Source of the DNA: Promethearchaeia archaeon
GTDB taxonomy: Archaea > Asgardarchaeota > Lokiarchaeia > Sigyniarchaeales > SOKP01
DNA length: 32,000 nucleotides
Direction: 5' to 3'
Assembly: GCA_046497275.1 (NCBI GenBank)
Contig: JAWOFX010000033.1
Coordinates: 6,233-38,232, forward strand
Shown here: one piece after another, positions 18,413 to 27,788 of the stretch
How positions within the stretch are numbered: the stretch's first letter is position 1
Layout of the letters: every line of letters begins with the position of its first letter
The notes under the pieces: generated by a model
What the model saw: the letters and a program-made list of their open reading frames with translations, nothing else
Told to the model about the DNA's origin: nothing
Database searches by the model: none
Program-made: the position numbers and the translations under genes

Positions 18413-20326
18413 TTAATAAAAAAGGTTATCTATTTGTTCTTTTAACTTTTGTGGTGGAAATTTTGGCTCTCTTTCAATAGTCAGTAATCCATTTATTTCT
18501 TGAAATTGATCATAAAGTTCTGTATAACAAATTCCATTTATATATTCTTTTCTTTTGTCAAATTCTTTTAAAAGGTTTACAACTCGATTAAGTAGATCTT
18601 TAGGAGATTCTACTTTTCCATACCCAACTGCTTTATCGATATTATTATGTAAATCTAAATGAAATCCACCTATTTCACTATATATGATAGGTTCGTTTTG
18701 ATAATCAAAATCTTCTAAATAAATTGCACTTTCATATGCCTCAGGATACTTCATCTCAATTTCTTCATTAAAATCTTTAGGTAATAGATTTGAATCGTGA
18801 TAGAAATGTTTAGTACATAAATCAGTTTTAGCATGAAACCAACCATCATCATCTATTACTAAACGAGTTGAATCTAGTGATTTCACCAGATAATACATGG
18901 AGAGGGTGTAATGCATTTTTTTTATATCCGAATTGGCCCCTGGAACGCCCCACCCTTCATTAAATATTGTCCATGCAATAATTGAGGGATGATTATAATC
19001 TCTTTCAATCATTTGGATATATTCATTAATAAATCGTTCTTGTGCTTTTATAGAGAATGTGTATGGTGCACCTAACTCACTCCATATTAAAACTCCTTTT
19101 TTATCACACCAATATAAAAATCTTGGATCAAATGCTTTTTGATGTGTTCGTAATCCATTAAAACCAAAATCTTTGATAAATTCTATATCTTTTTTAAAGG
19201 CTTCATCTGAAGGCGCTGTATAAAGCCCATCCGACCAATATCCTTGAACTAAGAATAACTTTTGATAGATTGGTTTTTTATTAAGTAAAACTACTTTATT
19301 TTTGGTAGTTACATTCCTGTTGGATTTGCTTATTTTTATGACATTATCGGAGATTGATATTTCTCTCATGCCAAAATAAGATCTAATTTTATCGTATCTT
19401 TCTCCCGTTTCTTTATTATAGATCGTTAAAATAAGGTCATAAAGGAAAGGATGTTCAATATTCCATAGATTTAATTGTTCTTCGGGAATTTTCATTTTAA
19501 ATTTAAAAGAGTTAAGAGGATATACTTTTAATAATCTCTCTTCTAATCCTAAATCCATTTCCACTAAATTTCTTCTTTTACGTTTCTTCTCAATCTTTCC
19601 TAAAAAGTCTAATTTTGTTTGATATTCTGAAATTCTCTTATCCTCATTCTCAATAAAAGCTTTTATCCGAAGATTTTGATTGCCTTTACCAGACACTTGA
19701 CATTCGATTATTATTGATGAATCACCTATATTAGGAGTTATTTTAATATCTTTAATATAATATTCATTATTCACAAATTCAAGCCAGACTGTTTGCCAAA
19801 TCCCAGATACTCTTGGGTAAAATATTAATTTAGGCTCTTTTTCCCAATATTGTTTTCCTCTTGGAATTTCATTATCTATACTCGGATCTTCTGCTCTCAG
19901 TACAATTATATTTTCTTTTTCAGCAAAATTTGTGATATCACAAGTAAATGGAGTATACCCTCCATCATGGGACCCTACAAACTCTCCGTTTATATAAGCT
20001 TTAGCGGAATAATCTACAGCACCAAAATGGAGAAGGATTCTTTTATGAAGAATATCTTCCACTAATGTGAATTTTCTACAATACCATACTACATCATGAA
20101 AAGAATTATCATTAATACCACTTAATTTGCTTTGAAAACAAAAGGGAACCGTGATCTCTTCATTAAATACTTCAAGTTTTTGTTTTCGATACCATTCCTC
20201 TTTTAGACCTTCATTATTATCATCAAAAGCGAATTTCCATATTCCATTAAGATTTATCCAATTATTTTTTCGAACTAATTGCGGTCTTGGATATTCTGGT
20301 CTTGGAATATTTTCATTTTTGACCAT
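18413..20326 (-). CDS. Glycoside hydrolase family 2 (beta-galactosidase/beta-glucuronidase-like)
   Basis: PRPEYPRPQL, NLNGIWKF, LHFGAVDY, GGYTPF, SGIWQTVWLE, FNGLRTHQK; acid/base FNEGWG and nucleophile SEIGG; QEINGL. ATG 20326 preferred. Confidence 0.93.
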   Translation of the reverse strand: MVKNENIPRPEYPRPQLVRKNNWINLNGIWKFAFDDNNEGLKEEWYRKQKLEVFNEEITVPFCFQSKLSGINDNSFHDVVWYCRKFTLVEDILHKRILLHFGAVDYSAKAYINGEFVGSHDGGYTPFTCDITNFAEKENIIVLRAEDPSIDNEIPRGKQYWEKEPKLIFYPRVSGIWQTVWLEFVNNEYYIKDIKITPNIGDSSIIIECQVSGKGNQNLRIKAFIENEDKRISEYQTKLDFLGKIEKKRKRRNLVEMDLGLEERLLKVYPLNSFKFKMKIPEEQLNLWNIEHPFLYDLILTIYNKETGERYDKIRSYFGMREISISDNVIKISKSNRNVTTKNKVVLLNKKPIYQKLFLVQGYWSDGLYTAPSDEAFKKDIEFIKDFGFNGLRTHQKAFDPRFLYWCDKKGVLIWSELGAPYTFSIKAQERFINEYIQMIERDYNHPSIIAWTIFNEGWGVPGANSDIKKMHYTLSMYYLVKSLDSTRLVIDDDGWFHAKTDLCTKHFYHDSNLLPKDFNEEIEMKYPEAYESAIYLEDFDYQNEPIIYSEIGGFHLDLHNNIDKAVGYGKVESPKDLLNRVVNLLKEFDKRKEYINGICYTELYDQFQEINGLLTIEREPKFPPQKLKEQIDNLFY

Positions 20327-20460
20327 GATAAAAGTAAATGAATGGATCAATTAAAGTATATTAAATTTTGAAATATTTGTTTAATGGGAAACTTTATCCC
20401 TCATTTTTTAAAAAGGAAATTAAACTTTTTACTCTTAGAACAACTTTAGGTTGAAAAAAA

Positions 20461-21129
20461 ATGAAAAAAACTAATAAAATCTTTATGGTTGCTTTTGCCA
20501 CTTTTTTGATTTTGGCATGGATAGGTTCTCCATTAATTGTAGCGGCACAAGATCCAATGACTTCTCGGAATTACGAAATCGCATCCGGTGAAACTTATGA
20601 AAATGGAAACATTACTCGAATAAGGGTAAGAAATCAACTTAACCAATTTAACATTTCAGGAGTGATTCAATGGGAAGGAAAAATAGGAGAGAAAGATTTC
20701 ATCATAGAAGTTACAGATACCTCTGGAGATATGGAAATGAATATGACATGCAACGAAGAACAAGAAGAATTAGGATTATTAATGGGAAATAGATACACTA
20801 TTAGAAATCGAAATCGTTATAGATATCAAGAAGGATTCGCTGTAAATTTAAGTTGTAACTGTTCTGAGATTCAAGCAAGATTGAGAATTAAAGCTACTAA
20901 TCAAAATCGAAATGGAGAATGGGCATTTTATAACGGAGATAATGAACAATGGGAGACTGTTTCAACAAGCAATGTAGATGGTTATTTAACTGCTACAACG
21001 GATCATTTCTCTGTTTGGACAATATTGATTCCTGAAACAAACTTTACTTTATGGATTATTCTTGGCGGTTCTGTTGCAGCCGTTGCAGCTTTAGGAATTG
21101 TAGTTTATCTTTATAAGAGAAAGAGATAA
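20461..21129 (+). CDS. Secreted, C-terminally membrane-anchored surface protein
   Basis: Signal-peptide-like N-terminus (MKKTNKIFMVAFATFLILAWIGSPLIVAA), TTDHFSVW motif, C-terminal TM followed by KRKR. Confidence 0.8.
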   Translation: MKKTNKIFMVAFATFLILAWIGSPLIVAAQDPMTSRNYEIASGETYENGNITRIRVRNQLNQFNISGVIQWEGKIGEKDFIIEVTDTSGDMEMNMTCNEEQEELGLLMGNRYTIRNRNRYRYQEGFAVNLSCNCSEIQARLRIKATNQNRNGEWAFYNGDNEQWETVSTSNVDGYLTATTDHFSVWTILIPETNFTLWIILGGSVAAVAALGIVVYLYKRKR

Positions 21130-21155
21130 AAGTGGCTTCTAATTTAACGAAAATA

Positions 21156-21177
21156 TTATTTATTTTTTTTATTTTTT
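21156..21177 (+). terminator. Candidate oligo-T terminator between the surface-protein gene and the regulator gene
   Basis: TTATTTATTTTTTTTTATTTTTT T-tract about 30 nt after the stop at 21129. Confidence 0.35.
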
Positions 21178-21212
21178 ATATATTATAAACATAAATAAAT
21201 CTAAGGATAACT

Positions 21213-22472
21213 TTGAAATTGACAAATAATAAGAAAATAATGATCTCTCTTTTTTGTATATTATTAGTTATTTTTGAATTTAATTTAGTCATATTCAATA
21301 TTAAAGGAGAAGATATTTCAGGATTTTCCACATATTATAATCAAAATCCAATTCAAAACCAAACTGTATATTACAATTTTGATAATTCTATCCATTTTGG
21401 AATATCAACAAATGTATCAGTTAATGGTAAAATTGAATTTGATTCAGCAATTACCAATAGAGACACCCTCATTATTATAGGAAATGAGCAACCTGCAACC
21501 ATAAATTTCACCTCCAAAACGGATATTGACGGATTCGATTTCCAAAAGAAACCCAAAGGACCTTCGGGGGGCAATTTTCAATATAAATATCAATTTAATT
21601 ATATCCTTCAAATCAAAGCAAATATTACAATCACAAATGTAACAATTCATTATCTAAAAATACAAAGATATGGATTAAATCCCAATGGAGATTATAAAAT
21701 AGCACGATTTCGGAAAGGAGATGAATCATGGGAACTTTTATCAACAGAGGAAAAAATAAATGAAAGCACGGGAGAACCTTATCTAGAAACCCAAATTTAT
21801 GATTTGGATGCAAATAATGAAGACTACATTACCATATTTCAAGTTACTCGAATTTCTTATGATTGGATATGGATTATCGTCATCATTGCAGTAGTGAGTA
21901 TTGCTGGCTTAGCAATTCTTCTTTCTAAGAAAGAATATATTCAATTTCTTAAAACTCGAACAGTTCCTGTTGATAAAGGTGCTCATCAACTATCTATGGA
22001 GGATGTTTTAGATAATGAAAATCGAAATAAAATTATCGATTTAATATTAGATAAACCTGGTATTCATTTTAATGAACTTTTACGTGAAACTAACTTATCT
22101 GCTGGTAATCTTGCTTGGCATTTAGATATATTAGGAACTTATAAAGTGATTGGAAAAAAGCGGATAGGGCGATACCTTGTCTATTTTCCATATTATGAAA
22201 AAAATCCTATATCAAATATTGACTTGAAACTTCAGAAGAGTGAATTAACATTAGAAATTTTGGAAATGATTGAAGTTCAACCTGGGACATATAATAATCA
22301 AATTGCGAAACAATTGAATTTAGATCATAAAACTGTCTCTTATCATATCAATAAACTAAAAGATTTAGGTTTAATACATTCTGAAAAATCTGGAAGGAAA
22401 AAGAAATTATATCCTAATTTAGAAGCGGAGTATTTTAACAATCATAATCATAATAACAATGATAATGAGTAA
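21213..22472 (+). CDS. Membrane-tethered transcriptional regulator: ectodomain, TM helix, tandem winged HTH
   Basis: N-terminal hydrophobic segment and TM WIWIIVIIAVVSIAGLAILL. Two wHTH units: NRNKIIDLILDKPGIHFNELLRETNLSAGNLAWHLDIL and EILEMIEVQPGTYNNQIAKQLNLDHKTVSYHINKLKDLGLI. Confidence 0.8.
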   Translation: MKLTNNKKIMISLFCILLVIFEFNLVIFNIKGEDISGFSTYYNQNPIQNQTVYYNFDNSIHFGISTNVSVNGKIEFDSAITNRDTLIIIGNEQPATINFTSKTDIDGFDFQKKPKGPSGGNFQYKYQFNYILQIKANITITNVTIHYLKIQRYGLNPNGDYKIARFRKGDESWELLSTEEKINESTGEPYLETQIYDLDANNEDYITIFQVTRISYDWIWIIVIIAVVSIAGLAILLSKKEYIQFLKTRTVPVDKGAHQLSMEDVLDNENRNKIIDLILDKPGIHFNELLRETNLSAGNLAWHLDILGTYKVIGKKRIGRYLVYFPYYEKNPISNIDLKLQKSELTLEILEMIEVQPGTYNNQIAKQLNLDHKTVSYHINKLKDLGLIHSEKSGRKKKLYPNLEAEYFNNHNHNNNDNE

Positions 22473-22622
22473 AGCTCCCTTTATAGGGATTATTTAATAT
22501 TTTTCAGTTACATCAAATTTCTCATTTTCAAAATTGAACAATTAAATTCTATTTATGAAATATTGGAATAGAATTTAATAAGATTGAAATTAAATTCCTT
22601 TAATAATAAGGAAAATTTTAAA

Positions 22623-23135
22623 ATGGAAATGATAGAACCGGAAAAATTATTGGAATTTATTAAAAACAGAAGGACAATCCGATGCTTCAAGGATGAGATG
22701 ATTCCCGAAGAAGAAATAATAATGATTCTTCAAGCAGGACAATGGGCACCTTCAGCATCCAACAGACAAGCATGGGAGTTTATAGTTATAAAGAATAAAG
22801 AATTAATTAAAAAATTAGCTGGAATTGCGATATATGGGGAATTTGTAAGAGAAGCGCCGGTTTTAATTGCGATAATAGGGTTAGTTCATGAAAATCCTAA
22901 TTGGTATATTCAGGATACAACTCTAGCTTCTATGAATATGATGTTAGTGGCTTGGAGCTTGGGTATAGGTACTTGTTGGCTTGGAACTATGGACAGGGAG
23001 AAAGCAAAAGAAATAATAGGTATCAAAAAGGATAATTTCCTCCTTACTATCTTGCCGTTCGGTTATTTAAGAAGAGATGTGCCAAAACCACCCCCTCGTA
23101 AGGATTTAAAGGAAATAACTGAATTTATTGAATAA
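22623..23135 (+). CDS. Nitroreductase family protein
   Basis: IKNRRTIRCF, WAPSASNRQAWEFIVI, NMMLVAWSLGIGTCW. Start uncertain (TTG 22584 or ATG 22623). Confidence 0.92.
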   Translation: MEMIEPEKLLEFIKNRRTIRCFKDEMIPEEEIIMILQAGQWAPSASNRQAWEFIVIKNKELIKKLAGIAIYGEFVREAPVLIAIIGLVHENPNWYIQDTTLASMNMMLVAWSLGIGTCWLGTMDREKAKEIIGIKKDNFLLTILPFGYLRRDVPKPPPRKDLKEITEFIE

Positions 23136-23211
23136 AATTTTAAAAATGTTAGATTCAATCGAAAATTCCGTTCTCTAATCCTTTTTTATAAATTTATTAA
23201 ATTTTTATTTA

Positions 23212-24381
23212 TTAATCAACACTAATGATTACATCCTCTAAGGTTTCGGGGGCTTTCGTTAGTTTAATGTAACCATTTTCTGTGATCAATACAGTATCAG
23301 AGTGTCGAAATCCTCCTATATTTGGAATATAAATACCCGGTTCAATACTTACAACCATGTTTGCTTCAAGCTTTCTATTATATCCCTCCGCAATATAAGG
23401 AGCTTCATGACCCGTGATACCGAAACCATGACCAGTTCTATGTATTATATAGTCCCCATAGCCATTTTCAGTGATATAATTTCTTACTTTCTTATCGATT
23501 TCACTCATAATAGTTCCAGGTTTTAACATGTCATAAGCCATTTTTCTTGCGTTGAACATAACTTCAAATGGTTTCTTAGCTTTTTCAGGGATATGACCTA
23601 GAAAAAAGGTTCGTTCTACTTCTACTCCATAACCATCTACTTGCGCTTGCACTATTGATACATGCGGTCCTCCTTTTTGCATTTTTGCGAAGATATCTGG
23701 CACTAAATGCGGTTCATGAGAAATATCAGGAGGCCAAACTGCGGCTGTAGTTTCAGTAGCTTTAAAATTTGCATTTGGGATATCTTGGATTATTTTAGAT
23801 GTCATAGTAGAGGTTGCTTCTTGAAAAATTCCAAATTCTGCCATACCAGGCTTACATATTTTTAAAAGTTTTTTATGTCCTTTACTAACAATTTTACTAG
23901 CATGAACAATCCTTCCAATTTCATAATCGCTTTTAATAATTCGTACATCATCTAATATTTCGCTTATTACCTTTTTTCCGGGGGTCTTCTGATAAATCTC
24001 CATCGTCATTGCTGGCTCTACTCCCACCTTGGAATCACTTTCTATTAATTTCTCATATATTTCATACCAATTTTCCCCCAAAGGAGAGGGAAATTCATAA
24101 TAATTAACAATTTCTAAATCACCAATCGCTCTGTCAATCACATGAGCTTGTTCTAGAAGCGGTGTAAGAAATTTCATTGGTCCTTGTTGCCCTATTATTA
24201 GAAGAAAGGGTCGTTCATGAACATAAAATGCAAAATTTGTAAGATAATAGATATTGACGGGATCAAAACAGACGATATAATCTAATTTGTCTTTAATCAT
24301 TTTCTCTCTAACTTTCTTCAATCTTGTAGCTATCTCCTCTTCAGATGGAGGTGTCTTTATTGCTTTTGGTTTTTTTACCAT
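23212..24381 (-). CDS. M24 (Xaa-Pro peptidase / creatinase fold) hydrolase
   Basis: Creatinase_N-like N-terminus (NIYYLTNF); IKSDYEI, HRTGHGFG, HEAP, SIEPGIY and FRHSDTV motifs. Confidence 0.88.
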   Translation of the reverse strand: MVKKPKAIKTPPSEEEIATRLKKVREKMIKDKLDYIVCFDPVNIYYLTNFAFYVHERPFLLIIGQQGPMKFLTPLLEQAHVIDRAIGDLEIVNYYEFPSPLGENWYEIYEKLIESDSKVGVEPAMTMEIYQKTPGKKVISEILDDVRIIKSDYEIGRIVHASKIVSKGHKKLLKICKPGMAEFGIFQEATSTMTSKIIQDIPNANFKATETTAAVWPPDISHEPHLVPDIFAKMQKGGPHVSIVQAQVDGYGVEVERTFFLGHIPEKAKKPFEVMFNARKMAYDMLKPGTIMSEIDKKVRNYITENGYGDYIIHRTGHGFGITGHEAPYIAEGYNRKLEANMVVSIEPGIYIPNIGGFRHSDTVLITENGYIKLTKAPETLEDVIISVD

Positions 24382-24508
24382 TTTAAAATCACGCTTGAAT
24401 ATTTAATTTATTTCTTTATTTTTTAAATTCTCTTTACTTATTTATTAAATTTATTCTGTTCCATTATTTAATTCATTTTTTAAATTAGAACTTTAAAATT
24501 ATTTCAAT

Positions 24509-25243
24509 TCATAAATTTTTAATCCTTTCTCTTGAAAATTTATCTGCTAAATATAATGGTTTAGGCTGTCGATTCTCGAATGTGGTTTTCAACGCAATCT
24601 TTAATGCAAGATCTAAATCTATTTCATAGCCAGCACTTACAAATACAGGTTTTCTTTTTTCAGATAAGCATACAGCATAACCTATTTTTTCATTTGTATC
24701 TGGGGTATTTTTATCTGGATCTTTAGCCCAGACCGGAGTTTTATTTCCTTTATACCTTTTAATTTGATTCCAATTTCCAAATCCTATAAATGGATTCTTC
24801 GCTACTCCAAACGAGGGAATTTGTAAGGCAAATCCTAAATGAGTTGCTTCACCAAATCTAAGAGGATGAATAATACCATGTCCATCGCACATAATGACAT
24901 CTGGACGAATTTTAGATTTTTTTATAACGGTAGAGAGTAAATTATTTTCCCTGAAACCAAGAAAACCAGCCTTATAGGGAAATTTGATTATAGATTGAGA
25001 AAAATATTTATTAACTAAATTATTATTTTCGTAATTCCATAAAATAGCGCAAGCTATACCATGATCTTGGTTATTTTTTTGAAAATATGAGATATCTACT
25101 CCTATAATGTATTGTATATCTGTTTCTTGAATATAAAATCTTCGTTTGCCCTTTTCTTGATGAATTTTCTCTCTATATTTTTTTTGCAATTCTTTGGCTT
25201 CTTTATAGGAATAATCATCTCTTAAAAGTTCATAATACATCAT
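24509..25243 (-). CDS. nfi: Endonuclease V
   Basis: IGVDISY, FPYKAGFLGFRE, MCDGHGIIHP, GVAKN, PVFVSAG, QPKPLYLAD. Confidence 0.93.
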   Translation of the reverse strand: MMYYELLRDDYSYKEAKELQKKYREKIHQEKGKRRFYIQETDIQYIIGVDISYFQKNNQDHGIACAILWNYENNNLVNKYFSQSIIKFPYKAGFLGFRENNLLSTVIKKSKIRPDVIMCDGHGIIHPLRFGEATHLGFALQIPSFGVAKNPFIGFGNWNQIKRYKGNKTPVWAKDPDKNTPDTNEKIGYAVCLSEKRKPVFVSAGYEIDLDLALKIALKTTFENRQPKPLYLADKFSRERIKNL

Positions 25244-25312
25244 TTTATACGAATAGAGATATAAATCTGAAATAGTTTAATTTTATGATAATCAATAATT
25301 GTTATATATCTG

Positions 25313-25320
25313 TTTATAAT
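25313..25320 (+). promoter_or_regulatory. Candidate TATA box for the GH57 gene
   Basis: TTTATAAT about 24-31 nt upstream of ATG 25344. Such motifs are common by chance in AT-rich DNA. Confidence 0.3.
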
Positions 25321-25343
25321 TTAAAGATAAAAAAGATGATAAT

Positions 25344-26939
25344 ATGGTACTAGGATATTTTGGATTAGTTTTGCATGGTCATATGCCTTGGTGTAAAAAG
25401 TCTGGGATATGGCCAGCAGGTGAACAATGGTATACAGAAGCAGCTTTGGAAACTTATATTCCTATGTTGAATGTTTTACGCAATTTAAAGAACAAAGGAA
25501 TTAGAACAGCAATCACTATCAATATTACTCCAATTTTGGCAGAGATGATGGCAGATGAGTATATGAAAAATAAATTCGAAGATTATGTAGAAGATTTAAT
25601 AAAACGCGCCAATAAAGACATAAATCGGTTTGAAAATCATCCTCATAAAAAAAGAATTGCCCAAAATTATCTTGAGAATTTTAAAAATATCCTAGATACT
25701 TTTTATCATAATTATTATAGAGATCTTTTAGGTAGCTTCAAATGGCTCCAAGATGAGGGGATGATAGAATTGATCACTTCAGCAGCTACGCATGGATTTT
25801 TACCGCTTTTTGAACACGATTCTGGCATTTTTTCCCAGATTCAATTAGGAGTGGACACCTATAAAAAATATTTTAATCGAGATCCTAAAGGATTTTGGCT
25901 ACCTGAATGTGCCTATAGGCCAAAGGAAATTAAGAATGATCAAGTAAAAGAGAGCATTGACTATTGGCTCCATAATTCTGGAATTGAATATTTTTTTGTA
26001 GATTCACATGGAATTTTGACTGCTGAAATTATTGAACAAAACAACGAAATACCACTACATACTAATTTTGGATATAAATTGAGGACGGGCGTTTCTGTGT
26101 TCGGAAGAAATAAAAAAACTAGTCGCCAAGTGTGGGATGCAAGACTAGGGTATCCTGGGGATGAACACTATAAAGAATTTCACAAAAAAGATTCTGAATC
26201 AGGGCTAAATTATTGGAAGATAACCGGAAAAGAAGTCAATACAGAGAATAAGGAAATTTATGATATAGAAAAGGCTCAAGAAAAAGTTAAAGAACACGCA
26301 AACCATTTTCTCGATTTAATAATTAAAGAATCTCAAGAATTTTCAGATAAATACCAATATAAGGGAATTATCGTTTCACCTTATGATTTTGAACTTTTTG
26401 GGCATTGGTGGAGCGAAGGAATACATTGGTTGGAAAAATTCTTTGAACTTATTTATTTTAACGATCAAGTGGATATGATCACCATATCTGAGTTTACTAA
26501 AAAATATAAAGACAATTTTTCAATTATTAAGATGAAAGAATCAACGTGGGGTGCAGGGGGACATTTCCAAGTCTGGGATGATAAGGAACATAGATGGATT
26601 TGGCCATATATTAATTCCTCTGTAAAAGAATTTGAAAAAGTCCTAAGCAATATTCAAAATCCCAATGAAAAGGAGTATAGAATTCTTTCACAAATAGCTC
26701 GGGAATTATTATTAATGGAAGGAAGCGATTGGCCTTTTTTACTTTACACTAAACAAGCAAAAGAATATGCAAATGAAAGATTCCACCACCATCATCAGAG
26801 ATTTAACAAATTGATCTGGCAAGCAAAAGATTTTAATGATCCATCGCGTTTAGATTATGATGAGTTGGAAAGGATCGAATCAATTGATTCATGTTTTCAT
26901 TGTATTAATTTAAATTATTTTCGGAAGATTGAAAACTGA
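25344..26939 (+). CDS. GH57 1,4-alpha-glucan branching enzyme (DUF1957 type)
   Basis: VLHGHMPW, ETYIPML, TSAATHGFLP, GFWLPECAY, PYDFELFGHWWSEG, EGSDWPF. Confidence 0.92.
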   Translation: MVLGYFGLVLHGHMPWCKKSGIWPAGEQWYTEAALETYIPMLNVLRNLKNKGIRTAITINITPILAEMMADEYMKNKFEDYVEDLIKRANKDINRFENHPHKKRIAQNYLENFKNILDTFYHNYYRDLLGSFKWLQDEGMIELITSAATHGFLPLFEHDSGIFSQIQLGVDTYKKYFNRDPKGFWLPECAYRPKEIKNDQVKESIDYWLHNSGIEYFFVDSHGILTAEIIEQNNEIPLHTNFGYKLRTGVSVFGRNKKTSRQVWDARLGYPGDEHYKEFHKKDSESGLNYWKITGKEVNTENKEIYDIEKAQEKVKEHANHFLDLIIKESQEFSDKYQYKGIIVSPYDFELFGHWWSEGIHWLEKFFELIYFNDQVDMITISEFTKKYKDNFSIIKMKESTWGAGGHFQVWDDKEHRWIWPYINSSVKEFEKVLSNIQNPNEKEYRILSQIARELLLMEGSDWPFLLYTKQAKEYANERFHHHHQRFNKLIWQAKDFNDPSRLDYDELERIESIDSCFHCINLNYFRKIEN

Positions 26940-26979
26940 GTCCTCTTATTTTTTATAGACAAAATATCCTATGGTCATT

Positions 26980-27534
26980 TTATTGAGTATTAGTCTTTGA
27001 CTCTTCTGCTTCTTCAATAGAATCATATCCCAACGAATTTACCAAATATTCATATCTTATTCTAGCCAAATTGCCTTGTTTTTCTTTTGAAGTTATAATA
27101 TCATTATAATATAGTTTTAGAGTCTTTTGTGAATAAGTTTCTAATTCACTTGTTAAATATGATTTAAAATAATTCTCATTATGTGAAATTATATGAGGAA
27201 ATTTTTTTGATAAGGATTTTAACCATTCAGATTCTATCGATACAATTTCTTCGATCATTTTATTACTTTTTGATTTTAATGGTTGATATGTCATTTTCGC
27301 ATATTTCTCGGTCATTAAATTTCTATTTTTAGAATTCGCGTTTTTGAGATCATCATAATAAGATCTAAGGGTTTCTTTAGACAGAGCAATATGTCCCATT
27401 TCTCTCATTAATTTAAAAGCATTTGGATGCTCTTTACAGATACTTGGATTTATGCTTCTTACTTTTTGAAACATATCTAATTCTATTTCGATGATCTGGT
27501 CAACTAATTCTTTTTTCTTCATATTTATTTTCAA
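26980..27534 (-). CDS. DUF4125-like protein
   Basis: IIEIELDMFQKV, SYYDDL...RNLMTEKYAKM and YLTSELETYS repeat pattern, recalled from the DUF4125 family. Confidence 0.7.
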   Translation of the reverse strand: MKINMKKKELVDQIIEIELDMFQKVRSINPSICKEHPNAFKLMREMGHIALSKETLRSYYDDLKNANSKNRNLMTEKYAKMTYQPLKSKSNKMIEEIVSIESEWLKSLSKKFPHIISHNENYFKSYLTSELETYSQKTLKLYYNDIITSKEKQGNLARIRYEYLVNSLGYDSIEEAEESKTNTQ

Positions 27535-27554
27535 AATTTTAAATTTCCATTTCT

Positions 27555-27788
27555 CTAAATTATAATATTAATAGCTTGAACAGGACAAATTTCCACACAT
27601 TTTAAACAATTAAGACCTAAACATAATTGAGGAAAAACCGGATCAATAAACCAATCTTTAGGATCATGAAAATCTTCATCCCGAAATGTAATATTCAACA
27701 CACTTGGAGGGCAAATCTGTACACACATTCGGCAATCTTCAGGTTTTGAACATTTTTCATAATTTATTTTAATTTCGGGATATTTCAT
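27555..27788 (-). CDS. 2x[4Fe-4S] ferredoxin-like protein
   Basis: CSKPEDCRMCVQICP and CLGLNCLKCVEICP. Confidence 0.85.
   Translation of the reverse strand: MKYPEIKINYEKCSKPEDCRMCVQICPPSVLNITFRDEDFHDPKDWFIDPVFPQLCLGLNCLKCVEICPVQAINIII

Noticed and set aside
22436-22472. AATCAT/AAT micro-repeat encoding NNHNHNNNDNE
   Set aside because: A short low-complexity protein tail, not a repeat array.
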